Assembly: GCA_009914755.4 (NCBI GenBank)
Contig: CP068257.2
Coordinates: 31,232,001 to 31,296,000, forward strand
Origin: the human T2T-CHM13v2.0 reference genome, Homo sapiens
DNA length: 64,000 bases
Direction of reading: 5' to 3'
Shown here: in pieces, positions 1-13,753 of the stretch
Position numbering within the stretch: position 1 is the first letter of the stretch
Layout of the letters: every line of letters starts with the position of its first letter
Program-made: the position numbers and the translations under genes
Notes under the pieces: generated by a model
The model's database searches: none
What the model was told of the DNA's origin: nothing
The model's input: the letters and a program-made list of their open reading frames with translations, nothing else

Positions 1-54
1 TAATTTTTAAATGCCAGTTTCATTTCATCATTTACTCTTGTTTTATGGAAATTA

Positions 55-690
<636 letters not shown>

Positions 691-775
691 ACAAATAATA
701 AATAAATAAATAAATAAATAAATAAAATAATACAACAAAATAAAAATAAAAAAGTGAAAAAGGAATAAAGAAATA
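691..775. repeat. (AAAT)n / A-rich simple repeat derived from the Alu tail
   Basis: aaaacaaataataaataaataaataaataaataaaataatacaac... Confidence 0.85.
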
Positions 776-1298
776 GGAAGAAAGGTATAGAAAGAAGAAG
801 GAAGCATAGAAACAAGCTAGCTATTGTTACAGCCGTGTTTCTTGAGTGTTGGAGTAGGGAATGATACCGTGATGAAAGCTTTCTGATGCATGGCGACTCC
901 TGGGAGCCTCACAGTCCCTTCCTTCCTTCCACTGTTCTCCCAGTTTCACCTCCCTTCCTTCCCTCCAATATTTTCTTTTCCTTTCAACTTTGCTTCTCCC
1001 ATTCTCCAATTTCCCTGCTATTTGCTACAATGTGCCTGTTGCTCAGGATACAGTGGTGACAATATGGACAGGAGGGCACACACCTGCAGCTGATCCTCTT
1101 CTTGGGGAAGACAGAGACAAAGCACGTAATCACACAAACCAGTGAAATGATAAATTCTGATAAATGCTGTGACAAAGATGACAAGGAGAGAGTCTAACAG
1201 GGGGACTAATTTAGACTGATGGTCAGCAAAGACCTCTCTGAAGAAATAAAATATTAAAATGAGACTCGAAGGATTAGTAGAAGTTATCCAGAACCAAG

Positions 1299-1382
1299 GG
1301 GTGCGTGTGCACGTGTGCGTGCGTATGTGTGTGCGTGTGTGAGTGTGTGTGTATGCATGTGTGTGTGTATGTGAGTGTGTTG
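1299..1382. repeat. (GT)n/(TG)n dinucleotide microsatellite, imperfect
   Basis: gtgcgtgtgcacgtgtgcgtgcgtatgtgtgtgcgtgtgtgagtgtgtgtgtatg...; this creates the HTHTH-type artefact ORFs at 1018-1548. Confidence 0.9.
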
Positions 1383-1683
1383 GAGAGGGTGGAGAAGCAC
1401 ATGCAAAGGCTCTGAGACAGAAGAGGCAGAAAGTGTTAAAGGAGCAGAGAGAAGGCCAGTAGGAGGTGGGCAGGGCTGGAAATGACAGGGGGAGGAGGCT
1501 GTGGATATAATCACTTTGATATAATCTAGAACATCCATTGGAATCCACTGAAGGGCATTGGGTAGCAGGTTAACGAGATTTAAGTCTTAAGGAGGTTGTA
1601 ATGGTTTTAAGAAGACTTTTCTGACCACCCTATAGAATGTGGGTTGCAGTTATTTGAACTAAGGAATGCCGCAATGCACCTCA

Positions 1684-1915
1684 CCAAAGCATAGCTGCCG
1701 AGTATAATGGTAGGAGCCGACTGTTCAGGTTCGAATCCCAGCCCTAGGTGTTATTAGCTGTATGACCTTGGACAAGTAAATGAAACGTTTTGTGGCCTAT
1801 TTCTTTGTTTGTAAAGGGAGAATGAAAGTAGTATCACCCAAGGGCTCTTGTGAGGATTCACTGAGCACAATACCATGAGTAAGTGCTCAAGAAACAGTAG
1901 ACATTGTTTTTACCT
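1684..1915 (+). mobile_element. MIR SINE
   Basis: Carries the tRNA-like ggttcgaatccc motif, then gctgtatgaccttggacaagt ... ttgtgaggatt ... agtaagtgctcaa, matching the MIR core and tail consensus. Confidence 0.75.
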
Positions 1916-2660
1916 ATTCCTGAATGTTGCTCTTGTAAGACACAGGTTTGTAAAAAGGTAAAACTCAATAAAACTTTGTAAATGGAAAAACATTTAAAAA
2001 GTTTTCTGGGAAAAGTAGCCCTTAGAAAATCCTTTAATAAAGCCAGCAAGCAAACAAAAAACCAAAACACCATTACCTTTCTTCTTGGAAAATACCGTTT
2101 CCTATGTGAAGTTGCTTAGCACAGGGGACAGTTGTCACGCTGCCTGCTGAGCCTCTGGGCACAGTGAACCAGCCCCATCTTCCTGCTTGAATTCAATCCG
2201 GCAAATTTCAGATGATCTTCTACCTGCAAAATACTGTTATGAGTTAAACTGGTTTTGGCTTCAAGAAACAGAAAATTCCTACTCAATCAGCTGGAGTGTT
2301 GAGGGCACTTTATATTTCACATGGCAGGAGATCTAAAGCAAGGGTGGCCTGGTTTCTGGCTCTGCCTCTCTGGGTCCTTTGACTCTGTCTTTTTCTGATA
2401 CTAGCTTAATCCTCAGGCTGGTGCCAGCATGGACGAGTGGAGAAGGAGACTTACTAAGCAAAATTAGGACTCTGTCAAGAAGGAGGAGAGAAGATGGCCT
2501 GAGGGAAGGCAGCCGACAGCATCACCTGCAGCTCTGCAGGACATCAACCACTGCCCTCAAAACCTCACGCCGTAGGGAGGGACGTGGAGACAGTCACAAG
2601 GAATCTGATCATCAACTAGAATGTCACACTTAGCAGATCAGAGTTTCTTTGTAAAACGCT

Positions 2661-2947
2661 TTTTATTTGAGACAGAATCTTGCTTTGTTACCCAGGCTGG
2701 AGGGCAGTGGTGCCATCTTGGCTCACTGCAACCTCCGCCTCCAGGTTCAAGCCATTCTTGTGCCTCAGCCTCCCAAGTGGGACCACTGGCATGTACCACC
2801 ACACCCAATTAATTTTTCAATTATTTGTAGAGACAGGGTCTCCCTATGTTGTCCAGGCTGGTCTTGAACTCCTGGCCTCAAGTGATCCACTGCCTCAGCC
2901 TCCCAAAGTGCTGGGATTACAGGTGTGAGCCACCACACCCATCCTGG
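2661..2947 (-). mobile_element. Alu SINE (reverse complement)
   Basis: ttttatttgagacagaatcttgctttgttacccaggctggagggcagtgg ... cctcccaaagtgctgggattacaggtgtgagccaccacaccc. Confidence 0.9.
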
Positions 2948-3114
2948 AATGGAGTTTCCATCAAAAGATGTGAGACTATGAAGAAAGATGGATTAATTAT
3001 TTCCTGACTGGTGCCAGAGCTGGCGATATCTGATTAGCTCCTTGAAGAATCAAGAAGAATTGGCTAAAATATAGCTTTCTTTACAGAAAAAAAATATTTT
3101 TTACAATGTCCCTA

Positions 3115-3725
3115 AAACCAATTTTTAAAAAATTTTATTTTATATATGTTGGGGAAAATGATGGTAAAATACAAGAACATAACATAAAATTTACCATCCT
3201 AACCATTTTTAAATGTACCATTCAGTAGTGCCAAGTATATTTACATTGTTGTGTAACCCATTTCCAGAACTTTTTCATCCTGAAAGAGTGAAACTCTATA
3301 TGCATTAAACAACCCTCCATTTCCCCTCTACCCAACCCCTGGCTATCACCATTCTTCTTTCTGTCTCTACGAACTTGATTACTCTAGGGATCTCATATAA
3401 GTGGATCCATACAGTGTTTATCCTTCTGTGACTGTCTAATTTCACTCAACATAATATTTCTAAGTCCCATCCATGTCACAGCATGTCCCAGAATTTCCTT
3501 CCTTTTTCCAGCTGAATAATATTTCATTGTATGGATGTCTACATCACATTTTGTTTATCTACCCACCCGTCAATGGATAATAACTTCCACTTCTTGGCTA
3601 TTGAAGTGGGTTGCTTCCACTTCCTGGCTATTGTGAATAATGCTGCTATGAACATGCATGTTGCATAAACATCTCTTCAAGACTCTGAGTTCAGTTCTTT
3701 TGGATTAATACTCAGAAGGGAAATT
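3115..3725 (-). mobile_element. LINE-1 3' end (older L1M/L1P-type, ORF2 C-terminus plus 3' UTR), antisense
   Basis: Reverse complement of the L1 3' consensus: ggtaaaatacaagaacataacataaaatttaccatcctaaccatttttaaatgtaccattcagt ... gctgaataatatttcattgtatg ... ggctattgtgaataatgctgctatgaacatg. Confidence 0.7.
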
Positions 3726-5689
3726 GTCAAGCTTGATTTTTAAATCTCTTAGTGGAAAAGTGTGTTTTATTGTAAAAATAATAGTTGAAGGTAGAGGTAT
3801 GATATGTATTTTATTTTATTTTACTTTTTCTTGTTTCCAGTGGAGTTGGTTGATATACATTTTAGAGCTGGACTGCTCAATGTGGTACCCAGGCTAGCAG
3901 CCACAATAGCAGCACCTGAGAGATGGTTCGACCCACAGCAGCTCAGTCAGTAGGGTACTCACTAAACCAGTGTGTACGAGTCATAGGATCCCCAGGTGAT
4001 TCACGTGCATGCTCAGGGTTGAGAAGCTCCGCTCTAGCATTCACATTGCTTTCCTTCCAGGAGTTTACCATCACGAGTATCTCGCCCTCTTTAGTTTTAC
4101 CTTCATTAAAAAATTTTGTCTTCTCTCCTTTTTTAGCTACATACAAATCATTCCTTTTCAATGACTGTGTTAGAAGTCAATATTTAACACTGCAGCTGCA
4201 GAGATCATTTTTTTCTTTCTTTTTCCTATTAACTGTTTCATCTGCTTCTAAAAGAGTCAGGAATTAGAAAAGAAGGCCCACGTTGAGGTGACTGCTAATT
4301 AAGTCCCATCTTGAAGATGATTAGTTTAATACAGCAACAAAACAAACAAGCAAAAAGAGCATATTTTAGTTTTGGTTGAGAAGGGTAGGACAGAGGAAAA
4401 CAGAAGTATGTGAAAAGAATTGCTAAGTGACTGATAAATAGGCTTAAGTTATTTAAACTGGCACTGAGCGCAACTTAAACAGTATGTTTTGCATCATCTA
4501 AATTTCTAAATACCTGGAGTATATTTGTAAACATGGCAATCTAACATGTTATTGAACAGCACATTCATATTCAAATTAGCATAAACGAGGATTTAACAGC
4601 TGATTGCACAGCGTGAATGATAGTAACTAATTGTCAAGTTGGAAAGTTGCACAGATAATAGTACTAATGCGATCAGCACACAGCAATATGACTTACAGTA
4701 GCAAATTCACAAATTTTCAGCTTGCTGCCCAAGTCCTGTACATAAAAGAAGATTCTGAATTAAGGCAATGTGGCCAAAATGGGCAGTCAGAAGGGAAAAG
4801 AAGAGAGAGAAGGAAGAATCGAGCTAGGTTTGAGGGGCGGTGTGAAACTTTTCTTTCCTCCATGCAAGCCTTCACCTCTTTTATAACAGTCATCAATGGG
4901 GCTCCCTGGCCATTCAGTGCTGTCCCTCTTATAGGAAGCAATTGTTCAGAGGTGTGGCTCATTTCAGGCATTAATCTCTGATGAATGGCGGCTGTGCCTG
5001 GAGCCTGCAGGCAGCTGGTCAGTGGAATGTAACAATGACCACAGGAGGAGAATGGGCAAATGCTTCACTGCAGATGCTGCATCCCCAACATTGACCTTGG
5101 TCATTTCCCTCCCAGGGTGGCGTGGCCCCTCGCAGCAGGAGCCTGGCTTTCTGAACAACTGCCATTGTGGGCAAGGTGGCAGCTACCTGCGGGATTTGTC
5201 CCCTCCTAATAACATTTAGACCCAACAGGTGGTCACAATGAGGGGTGGAAATTGAGGCAAACGTGGACAAGACTGCAGAAGGCAAAACACAAAAACAAAA
5301 CCCCTAATTTTCAGGGAGGAACTTTGTTGCAGAGATTAGCGACTACATGCTCAGCAGGTCTGGTCGGAGGATCTGAAGTCCGGGTGTTGAGCAGCCATCA
5401 GGGGAAGTGGCTGTTCTTTCAGCCCAGGGCTTGCCTCCGGCATGTCCTCCATCCACTGGTCACCAGCCTGCAATGTTAGCCAGGAGTACTAGGGACACTT
5501 TGCCCCAAGGTATTTGCAGAACAGTGGGAGGAGGAGAAATGTGACAAATAATTTGGGTCTCTGCCCACTCCTAGTGCCTTCTATGCCTTTAAATCCCTCT
5601 ACACCCCACCAGGAAATATATGTCCCTATCCTTATCCCTTCTCCCCATCCCGATCTCCATCCCCATCCCCATCTCCACCTCTCTGTACC

Positions 5690-5815
5690 TTCACCTCTAC
5701 CTCCATCAGTCTATCATACCTATCTATTATCTATCTATCCATCTATCATACCTGTCTCTATGATCTCTATCATTGCTATCTCTATCATATCTATCTCTAT
5801 AATCTCTATCATTGC

Positions 5816-5857
<42 letters not shown>
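5690..5857. repeat. (TATC)n / (GATA)n-type degenerate tetranucleotide block
   Basis: ctatcatacctatctattatctatctatccatctatc ... a perfect (ATCT)10 run at 5818-5857. Confidence 0.85.
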
Positions 5858-5858
<1 letters not shown>

Positions 5859-6236
5859 GATATAGTTGGGCTGTGTGTCCCCCTCCCAAATCTCATCTCA
5901 AATTGTAATCCCCATAATCCCCACGTGTCAAGGGAGGACCTGGTGGGAGGTGATTGGATCTTGAGGGCAGTTTCCCCCATGCTGTTCTCATGACAGTGAG
6001 TGAGTTCTCACGAGAGTGAATGGTTTCATAAGTGTTTGGCAGTTCCTCCTGATCTCTCTCTTTCCTGCCTCCTTGTGAAGAAGGTTGCCTGCTTCTCCTT
6101 CTCCTTCCGCCATGATTGTAAGTTTCCTGAAGACTCCCCAGCTATGCAGAACTGTGAGTCAATTAAATCTCTTTCCTTTATAAATTATCCAGTTTTAGGT
6201 ATTTCTTTGTAGCAGTGTGGAAATGGAATGATACAC
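5858..6236 (+). mobile_element. ERVL-MaLR solo LTR (THE1/MST-type), near full length
   Basis: tgatatagttgggctgtgtgtccccctcccaaatctcatctcaaattgtaatccccataatccccacgtgtcaagggaggacctggtgggaggtgattgg ... ttataaattatccagttttaggtatttctttgtagcagtgtggaaatggaatgatacac. Confidence 0.8.
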
Positions 6237-6450
6237 TATATATCAATCTCTATCATCTATCTCTATTTATCATGCTTATCTGTCTACCTATCTACCATAT
6301 CTATGATATCTATCATTATCTATCTATCTGTAGCTACTATCTATTGATCTATTTATCTATATCTACTATCTATCTATCATTTATGTATCTCTGCCATCTC
6401 TACCTATCTGTCTATCATCTATCTGTTTCTATTATCTACTATCTACCTAT
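6237..6450. repeat. (TATC)n-type degenerate tetranucleotide block, continuing the block upstream of the LTR
   Basis: tatatatcaatctctatcatctatctctatttatc ... ctatctgtctatcatctatctg. Confidence 0.8.
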
Positions 6451-7074
6451 CTAACACAGAAACATAGATTTGGTCATGTACTACTTATTACTTCTATGCC
6501 TTTAATGACTCTAACCATTATTGACTCTGCGTTGACAACAAAAAGTCTGAACTTTTAACAAGGATTGAAAGTCTTTCACAATCTGTCTTCACCTTGGCTT
6601 TTTAGCATCTTCTTTCCCTCTCCACTCCCCACAACAGGTGACAGATACTGTGCTAGGTACAGTATGTCCTGTACTTCCTCCCTCTCCACTAACCACCCTC
6701 ATCACCCCTCTCACTGCCTCCGATTTCCTTCCCCCCAGGGCCTGGTCTCAGAGCCACACTAGGCCATGGGACTCTTGTGTCCCTGCCCCAACTCTGCTCT
6801 TCCCCCTCTGGCCGCCATCCTTGCGGTCTCCTCTCGAGACTTCTTTTCTCTGTGAACCCCTGTCTCGCTGCACTAATGGCTTCTTCTTCAGAGCTCCCGC
6901 CTGTCGAGAGCCAAACATGGCTGCCTGTCTGCTGGTCTGAGGATTCCTTTCTCACTGTACCCCAGGGCCCAGGAGCATTTCCAGTAGAACAATGTGTGTG
7001 TGGGGGGCAGGGGTAGGTCGGGGGATGAGTGTAGATTGCCTTGCCTGCCTGCAGGGAAGCCAAGGCCTCAGGCT

Positions 7075-7300
7075 GTAGAGCCAGGCAGCTGCTGGTCCTA
7101 GCTGCACCACTTACCAGCTGTGTCCTCTGGGGCCAGTGTCCTCATCTCTCTGAACCTCTTTCGTCAACTGTACAGTGGAGCTCATAACAGCGCCTTCCTC
7201 ACAAGGTTGCTCTGAGGAGTGAAGGAATGAATGCAGGTGCAGGGCTTAGAAGAGAGCTTAGCACACCGTAGGTGCTCAGTTGGCAGAATGTATGTGAACT
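7075..7300 (+). mobile_element. MIR SINE
   Basis: ctgcaccacttaccagctgtgtcctctggggccagtgtcctcatctctctgaacctct ... ggttgctctgaggagtgaaggaatgaatgcag ... cacaccgtaggtgctcagt. Confidence 0.65.
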
Positions 7301-9206
7301 CCCTGAGGGCAGGTACCTTGATTGACTCACTCATAGGCTCTCAGCTCCTAAGACCAGGCCTGGCATGACAAAGAATTGAGTGACAGTGATGACCAAGTGT
7401 GAGGATTGGAGTTGGCAGATTCCACAGGGATTTCATCCATGTGGGGCTGAAACAAGCCTCAGGTGACCAGCAAGCCTCTCTCTCCTCTGCATTTGGAAAT
7501 ACTGTGCCTGGGTCATTACTCTTTTGTTACTGTTGCTCCAACTCATCGGGAACCACATACCCTGCCATATTGTCATTCCTGGCCAGACCTGGGGACCAGC
7601 ACTATCCAGCCTCACTGCACGATTTGAAACTGTCTTCAAGAGCATCCTCTACCAGCTTTCCACACTGAAGGTGATTCCATTTTCTCTGCTGCTGCACAGT
7701 TGGCAAGTCACCTGGTCGTGAGGTCTTGACCTATCCCATGTTTGGCTTGGTGCGTTCTCCTGCATGGCTTTGCCGTACCCTGTTGCATGCAGGGAACTTG
7801 CAGCACTTTTGTTTCCCTCACTTTTATATATGTTAGCTTCCCCTGACCTAGCCAAGCTTCTTTTGGATGCAAGTGCCCAAAACAAACTCAAGAAACTGTG
7901 AGAAAGACAAATGGGGTGTGAGTGGTAAGTAAGGGTGGTTTTTCCAAGGAATCAGGGATTGCTCTCGGGAAAGGCTGGAGACAGGCACAGAGGCTACCGT
8001 CTCCACCCCACAGAGCCTGGAACCAGTGTGCCAGAGGGTGGATGTGGGGCAATGGCTTCAGATACAGGTTGTCTGGGAGCAGGTTCCACCCCAGGGCAGG
8101 CCAGAGGAGAGGTTTTGGCCTTGGACAGTCCTTGCTCTGGTGAGCAGTTTGGAGAGAGTTCATTTCCTGAGGTAGGTTACTTTGGGGCTGAGTGAGATGG
8201 GACCTTTATCCAATTTTCCAGGCATTCCTGGGGGACATGTCAGGAAAAGAGCTTCTCAGGGAATGACTCTTAGGGCCTGGTATGACTGGGATTCTCTGAT
8301 GTGGGAGATGGGACCCCACTTCAGCACAGGAAGAAGGTCTGTGCTAAGTCTACCCTTGCACATAGTGAATCATTGGCTTAACTCAGAGACCAAAAGATAC
8401 AGGTGGGCTGGAATTGGAGTGGGAATTGGGGATGGTGTCAGGAGACAATTTATGAGGATTTTTGAGAGATTCTGGGGATTCATCATCTATTTCTCAAAAT
8501 CAAGTCACATATTTCGTAGACAATTTTCATTCCCAAGTTATAAAAGGATGATTCTTAATCCCAGGATAAAATTTGTCATTTTAGGATTTGTGCATTGCTA
8601 AAGACAAGCATTGTTACAAGGAACAAACAGCCAGGTTTCTCAGTATTACTCAGTTACAGAGAAAGTAGGATCTGGTTTTGGTCTCACTTTGCTAATTCAA
8701 ATAGAATTTGTTTTTGTTATGGCTTTTAGATGATCCCTATTTCACAGAAAATGTCTACAGTCTATACATTTTTATTTGTGCCATGGCAAATTCAATTCAG
8801 TTTTACTTTTTAAAATTTTTCACAAGGAAGAGTAAAAATGAGAGGTTAAAAAAAATCTGTATTTCATGAAAGGCTTGTATGACGACAACGAAGCTATTGA
8901 ATTTGGGATGTGAAGACCCTCTTTTCAACACAATGAGAACAGTTTGTTGTTCAGATTAGACTAGTTCCTGAAATTTACCAAAACCCCAAACAAAATATTA
9001 GCAAATACAATACAGCAATATATAAAAAGAAGAATTTATCTTGACGAAGTGTGGTTTTTACAAGGTACAGAAAATTGGTTGAACATTCAATAAACAATTA
9101 TATCATAAAGAAGCAAAACGTTGTACCATCTCAGTAAATCCAAAGGAATCCCTCAGTGAAATTCAACATCCATCCAAGATTTTAAAAAGCAAACAATCAC
9201 TCCTGA

Positions 9207-9578
<372 letters not shown>

Positions 9579-10285
9579 CTATCTACCAAACACAGAACTA
9601 AAATAATATTTAATGGTTAAATATTAAATGCTTTTCCCCTATAGCGAGGGCAAGAATGTCCACGCTCATCACTTCTATTCAACAATGTAGTAGAGGGCAA
9701 AGCCAGTGCAATAAGGCAAGAACAAGAAATTAAAGGCCTAAAAATCTGAAAGGAAGGAGTAAAACTATCTTTGTTCACAAATGACATCATTGTGTACATG
9801 AAATGTCCAAAGGAATCTACAAACAAGCTACTAGAATTTTAAAAATAAATTCAGCAAGGTTATAAAATAAAAGGTCAATGTACAAATATTGAAATATATT
9901 TCTATATACAGGCAACAAACAATGAGAGAATAAAATTAAAATATACTACTTAAAGTAGTATAAGAATCATATATTCAGAATACACTTAAATTTAGTGAAA
10001 GATATGCAAGATCACTACATGAGAATTTATAAAATATTGCTGAAAAAGTTAAAGAAGTTTTCAATAAATGGACAGTTATGCCATGTTCATGTATTGGACA
10101 ACTTAGCATGTTAAGATATCAGCTTTCCTCACATTTATCTACAGATTCAATTTAATCCCAATCCAACTGTAGAAATGGACATGCTGATTCTAGAATATAT
10201 CTGCAAAGGATCTAAAATAGCCGAAACAGCTACAGAAAAGAAGAGCAAAGTTGGACGAGTTATACTAGCTGATTTGAAGAGTTAT

Positions 10286-12574
10286 TGTATTAGTCCATTT
10301 TCACACTGCTAATAAAGACATACCCAAGACTGAGAAGAAAAAGAGGTTTAATTAGACTTACAGTTACACATGGCTGGGGAGGCCTCAGAATCATGACGGA
10401 AGGCAAAAGGCACTTCTTTCATGTTGGCAGCAAGAGAAAATGAGGAAAAAGCAAAAGCGAAAACCTCTGATAAACCCATCCAATCCCTTGAGACTTATTC
10501 ACTATCACAAGAATAGCATGGGAAAGACCGGCCCCCATGATTCAATTACCCGCCCCCCCCCCGGGTCCCTCCCACAACATATGGGAATTCTGGGAGATAG
10601 AATTCAAGTTGAGATTTGGCTGGGGACACAGTCAAACCATATCATTCCGCCCCTGGCCCTTCCAAATCTTATGTCCTCACATTTCAAAACCAATCATGCC
10701 TTCCCAACAGTTCCCCAAAGTCTTAACTCATTTCAGCATTAACCCAAAAGTCCACAGTCCAAAGTCTCATCTGAGACAAGGCAAGTCCCTTCTGCTTATG
10801 AGCCTGTAAAATCAAAAACAAGTTAGTTACTTCCTAGATACAATGAGGGTACAGGTATTGGGTAAATACAGCTGTTCCAATTGGGAGAAATTGGCCAAAA
10901 CGAAGGGGTTACAGGGCCCATGCAAGTCCAAAATCCAGTGGGGCAGTCAATTTTAAAGCTCCAAAATGATCTCCTTTGACTCTCGGTCTCACATCCAGGT
11001 CACATTGATGCAAGAGGTGGGTTCCCATGGTCTTGGGCAGATCTACCCCTGTGGCTTTGCAGGATATAGCCTCCCTCCCAGCTGCTTTTATGGGCTGGCA
11101 TTGTTTGTGGCTTTTCCACGTGCACGGTGCAAGCTGTTGGTGGATCTACTATTCTGGGGTCTGGAGTATGGCGGCCCTCTTCTCACAGCTTCACTAGGCA
11201 GTGCCCCAGTAGGGACTCTGTGTGGAAGCTCTGACCTGATATTTCCCTTCTGCACTGCCCTAGCAGAGATTCTCCATGAATGCCCTGCCCCTGCAGCAAA
11301 CTTCTGCCTGGGCATCCAGGCATTTCCATGCATCCTCTGAAATCTAGGCGGAGGCTCTCAAACCTCAATTCTTGACTTCTGTGTACCTGCAGGCTCAATA
11401 CCACATGGAAGCTGCCAAGGCTTGGGACTTCCACCCTCTGAAGCCACAGCCCATGCTGTTACATTGGCCCCTTTCAGCCGCGGCTGGAGTGGCTGAGACA
11501 CAGGGCACCAAGTCCACAGCATGGGGATCCTGTGCTGGGCAACGAAACCACTTTTTCTTCCTGGGTCTCCGGGTCTGTGATGACCTGGTGATGTGATGTT
11601 CCGTGTTGCCATGAACGTCTCTGACATGGCCTGGAAACATTTTCCCCATGGTCTTGGGGATTAACATTAGGCTCCTTGCTACTAGTGCAAATTTCTGCAG
11701 CCAGCTTGAATTTCTCCCCAGAAAATGGGTTTTTCATTTCTGTTGCATAGTCAGGCTGCAAATTTTCCCAACTTTTATGCTCTGCTTCTCTTATAAAACT
11801 GAATGCCCTTAACAGCATCCAAATCACTCTTGAATGCTTTGCTGCTTAGACATTTCTTCTGTCAGATACCCTAAATCATCTCTCTGAAGTTCAAAGTTCC
11901 ACAAATCTCTAGGGCAGGGGCAAAATGCTACCAGTTTCTTTGCTTAAACATAACAAGAGTCACCTTTGCTCCAGTTCCCAACAAATTTCTCATCTCCATT
12001 TGAGACCACCTCAGCCTGGATTTTATTGTCCATATTGCTATCAGCATTTTGGGCAAAGCCCTTCAACAAGTCTCTAGGAAGTTCCAAACTTTCCCACATT
12101 TTCCTATCTTCTTCTGAGCCCTCCAAACTGTTCCAATCTCTCCCTGTTACCCAGGTCCAAACTCACTTCCACATTTTTGGGTATCTTTTCAGCAATGCCC
12201 CACTCTACTTGTACCAATTTACTGTATTAGTCCATTTCCACACTGCTTATAAAGACATACCCAAGACTGAGAAGAAAAAGAGATTTAATTGGACTTACAG
12301 TTCCACATGGCTGGGGAGGCCTCAGAATCATGGAGGAAGGCAAAAGGCACTTCTTACATGGCGGCAGCAAGAGAAAATTAGGAAGAAGCAAAAGCGAAAA
12401 CCTCTGATAAACCCATCAGATCTCATGAGACTTATTCACTATCATGAAAATAGCATAGGAAAGACTGGCCCCCATGATTCAATTACCTCCCCTGGGTCCC
12501 TCCCACAACACATGGAATTCTGGGAGATAAAATTCAAGCCAAGATTTGGGTGAGGACACAGCCAAACCATATCA
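10286..12574 (-). mobile_element. Full-length THE1-class ERVL-MaLR element (LTR, 1.58-kb internal region, LTR), antisense
   Basis: Two same-orientation LTR copies at 10286-10644 and 12233-12574. Both read tgtattagtccatttcacactgct(a/t)ataaagacatacccaagactgagaagaaaaagag ... gggacacagccaaaccatatca. They bracket non-coding internal sequence. Total length is 2.29 kb, the canonical THE1 size. Near-identical 5-bp flanks GTTAT and CTTAT. Confidence 0.8.
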
Positions 12575-13348
12575 CTTATTAAAAAGCTATAGTAATCAAG
12601 ACAGTGTGGTATTGGTATGTTGACCAATAAAGTTATAATATTTTATACATTTAAAATGGAGAGCTTTATTCCTGAAAGGTATCACAACCTGCAGGCAGGA
12701 AGCAGAGACTCTGGCAGATGCTGGAAAAACAGCACTTCAAGGGAGGAGTAAAAGGAACAGGAATTTATACTGAGTGGGGTGGCTGCATATACATATTTAA
12801 TAAGCTGCATAGGGAGTGCTGAATATTTATGAAAGGAGAAACACACACATGTGCAATTGAGTTGTACACCTCTCCTTGTATCACATGTACAAAAAGAATG
12901 GCACCATTAGCATGATCTGAGGGTCAAGTTTTCAGCCCCGTGGCATCAAAAGGTGAAGCAGAGGACACAAACGCTGTCATTGCATTGTGCGTCCTCTGTA
13001 GACGTCCCAGAACCACCATGGTTGGTGGCTTCTCATCAGGAAAGGATGTGTTGCAAAACTGGTGACTGTCAATGTAAAAGCGACAAAGGGGGTGTGGGGT
13101 GGGGGTAGTGGTGTCGGGGGAGTCTGGCTGCAGCCTCAGATGATTGGCCAAAGGTGATAAAGGAATGAGATGTCCATTTCTTGTTTTTCACAGCCTGTTT
13201 CTGCTTACTCCTTAGGAAAGAATTCTGGTTAAAGGTTAATAAGGAAGGGGTATGTTGAGGCATAACTAGTTCCCATTCTGCCCTAGCCAGCAACTCAATG
13301 AACTTTTTCTTAGCTTTTAGGATTTCTTAAGCCAAGGGGGTCCATTTA

Positions 13349-13753
<405 letters not shown>

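Noticed and set aside
1018-1548. 176-aa minus-strand ORF
   Set aside because: It runs through the (GT)n microsatellite, giving the HTHTHTH repeat peptide. It has no coding character.
1720-1745. tRNA-like T-arm motif ggttcgaatccca, suggesting a tRNA gene
   Set aside because: It lies inside a MIR SINE (1684-1915). MIR is tRNA-derived, and the rest of the tRNA cloverleaf (D-arm, anticodon stem and acceptor stem pairing) is absent.
5514-5993. 159-aa plus-strand ORF
   Set aside because: Translation of the (TATC)n-type microsatellite (ISIISISIIS / LSIYLSIYLS) and the adjacent LTR.
6600-7060. GC-rich stretch with overlapping ORFs on both strands (6638-6940 plus, 6689-7063 minus)
   Set aside because: Overlapping frames on both strands in Pro/Ser/Gly-rich low-complexity sequence are typical of GC-rich non-coding DNA. 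There are few CpGs and no splice-site pattern, and the adjacent part is a MIR.
8182-8601. 139-aa plus-strand ORF in unique sequence
   Set aside because: No start context, an AT-rich 3' half, no recognisable motif, and the region shows no CpG retention or splice signals. Consistent with a chance ORF.
11966-12553. 195-aa plus-strand ORF, the longest in the window
   Set aside because: Lies entirely within the THE1-class element (internal region plus LTR, antisense). MaLR internal regions are non-coding, and the peptide has low complexity and no recognisable domain.
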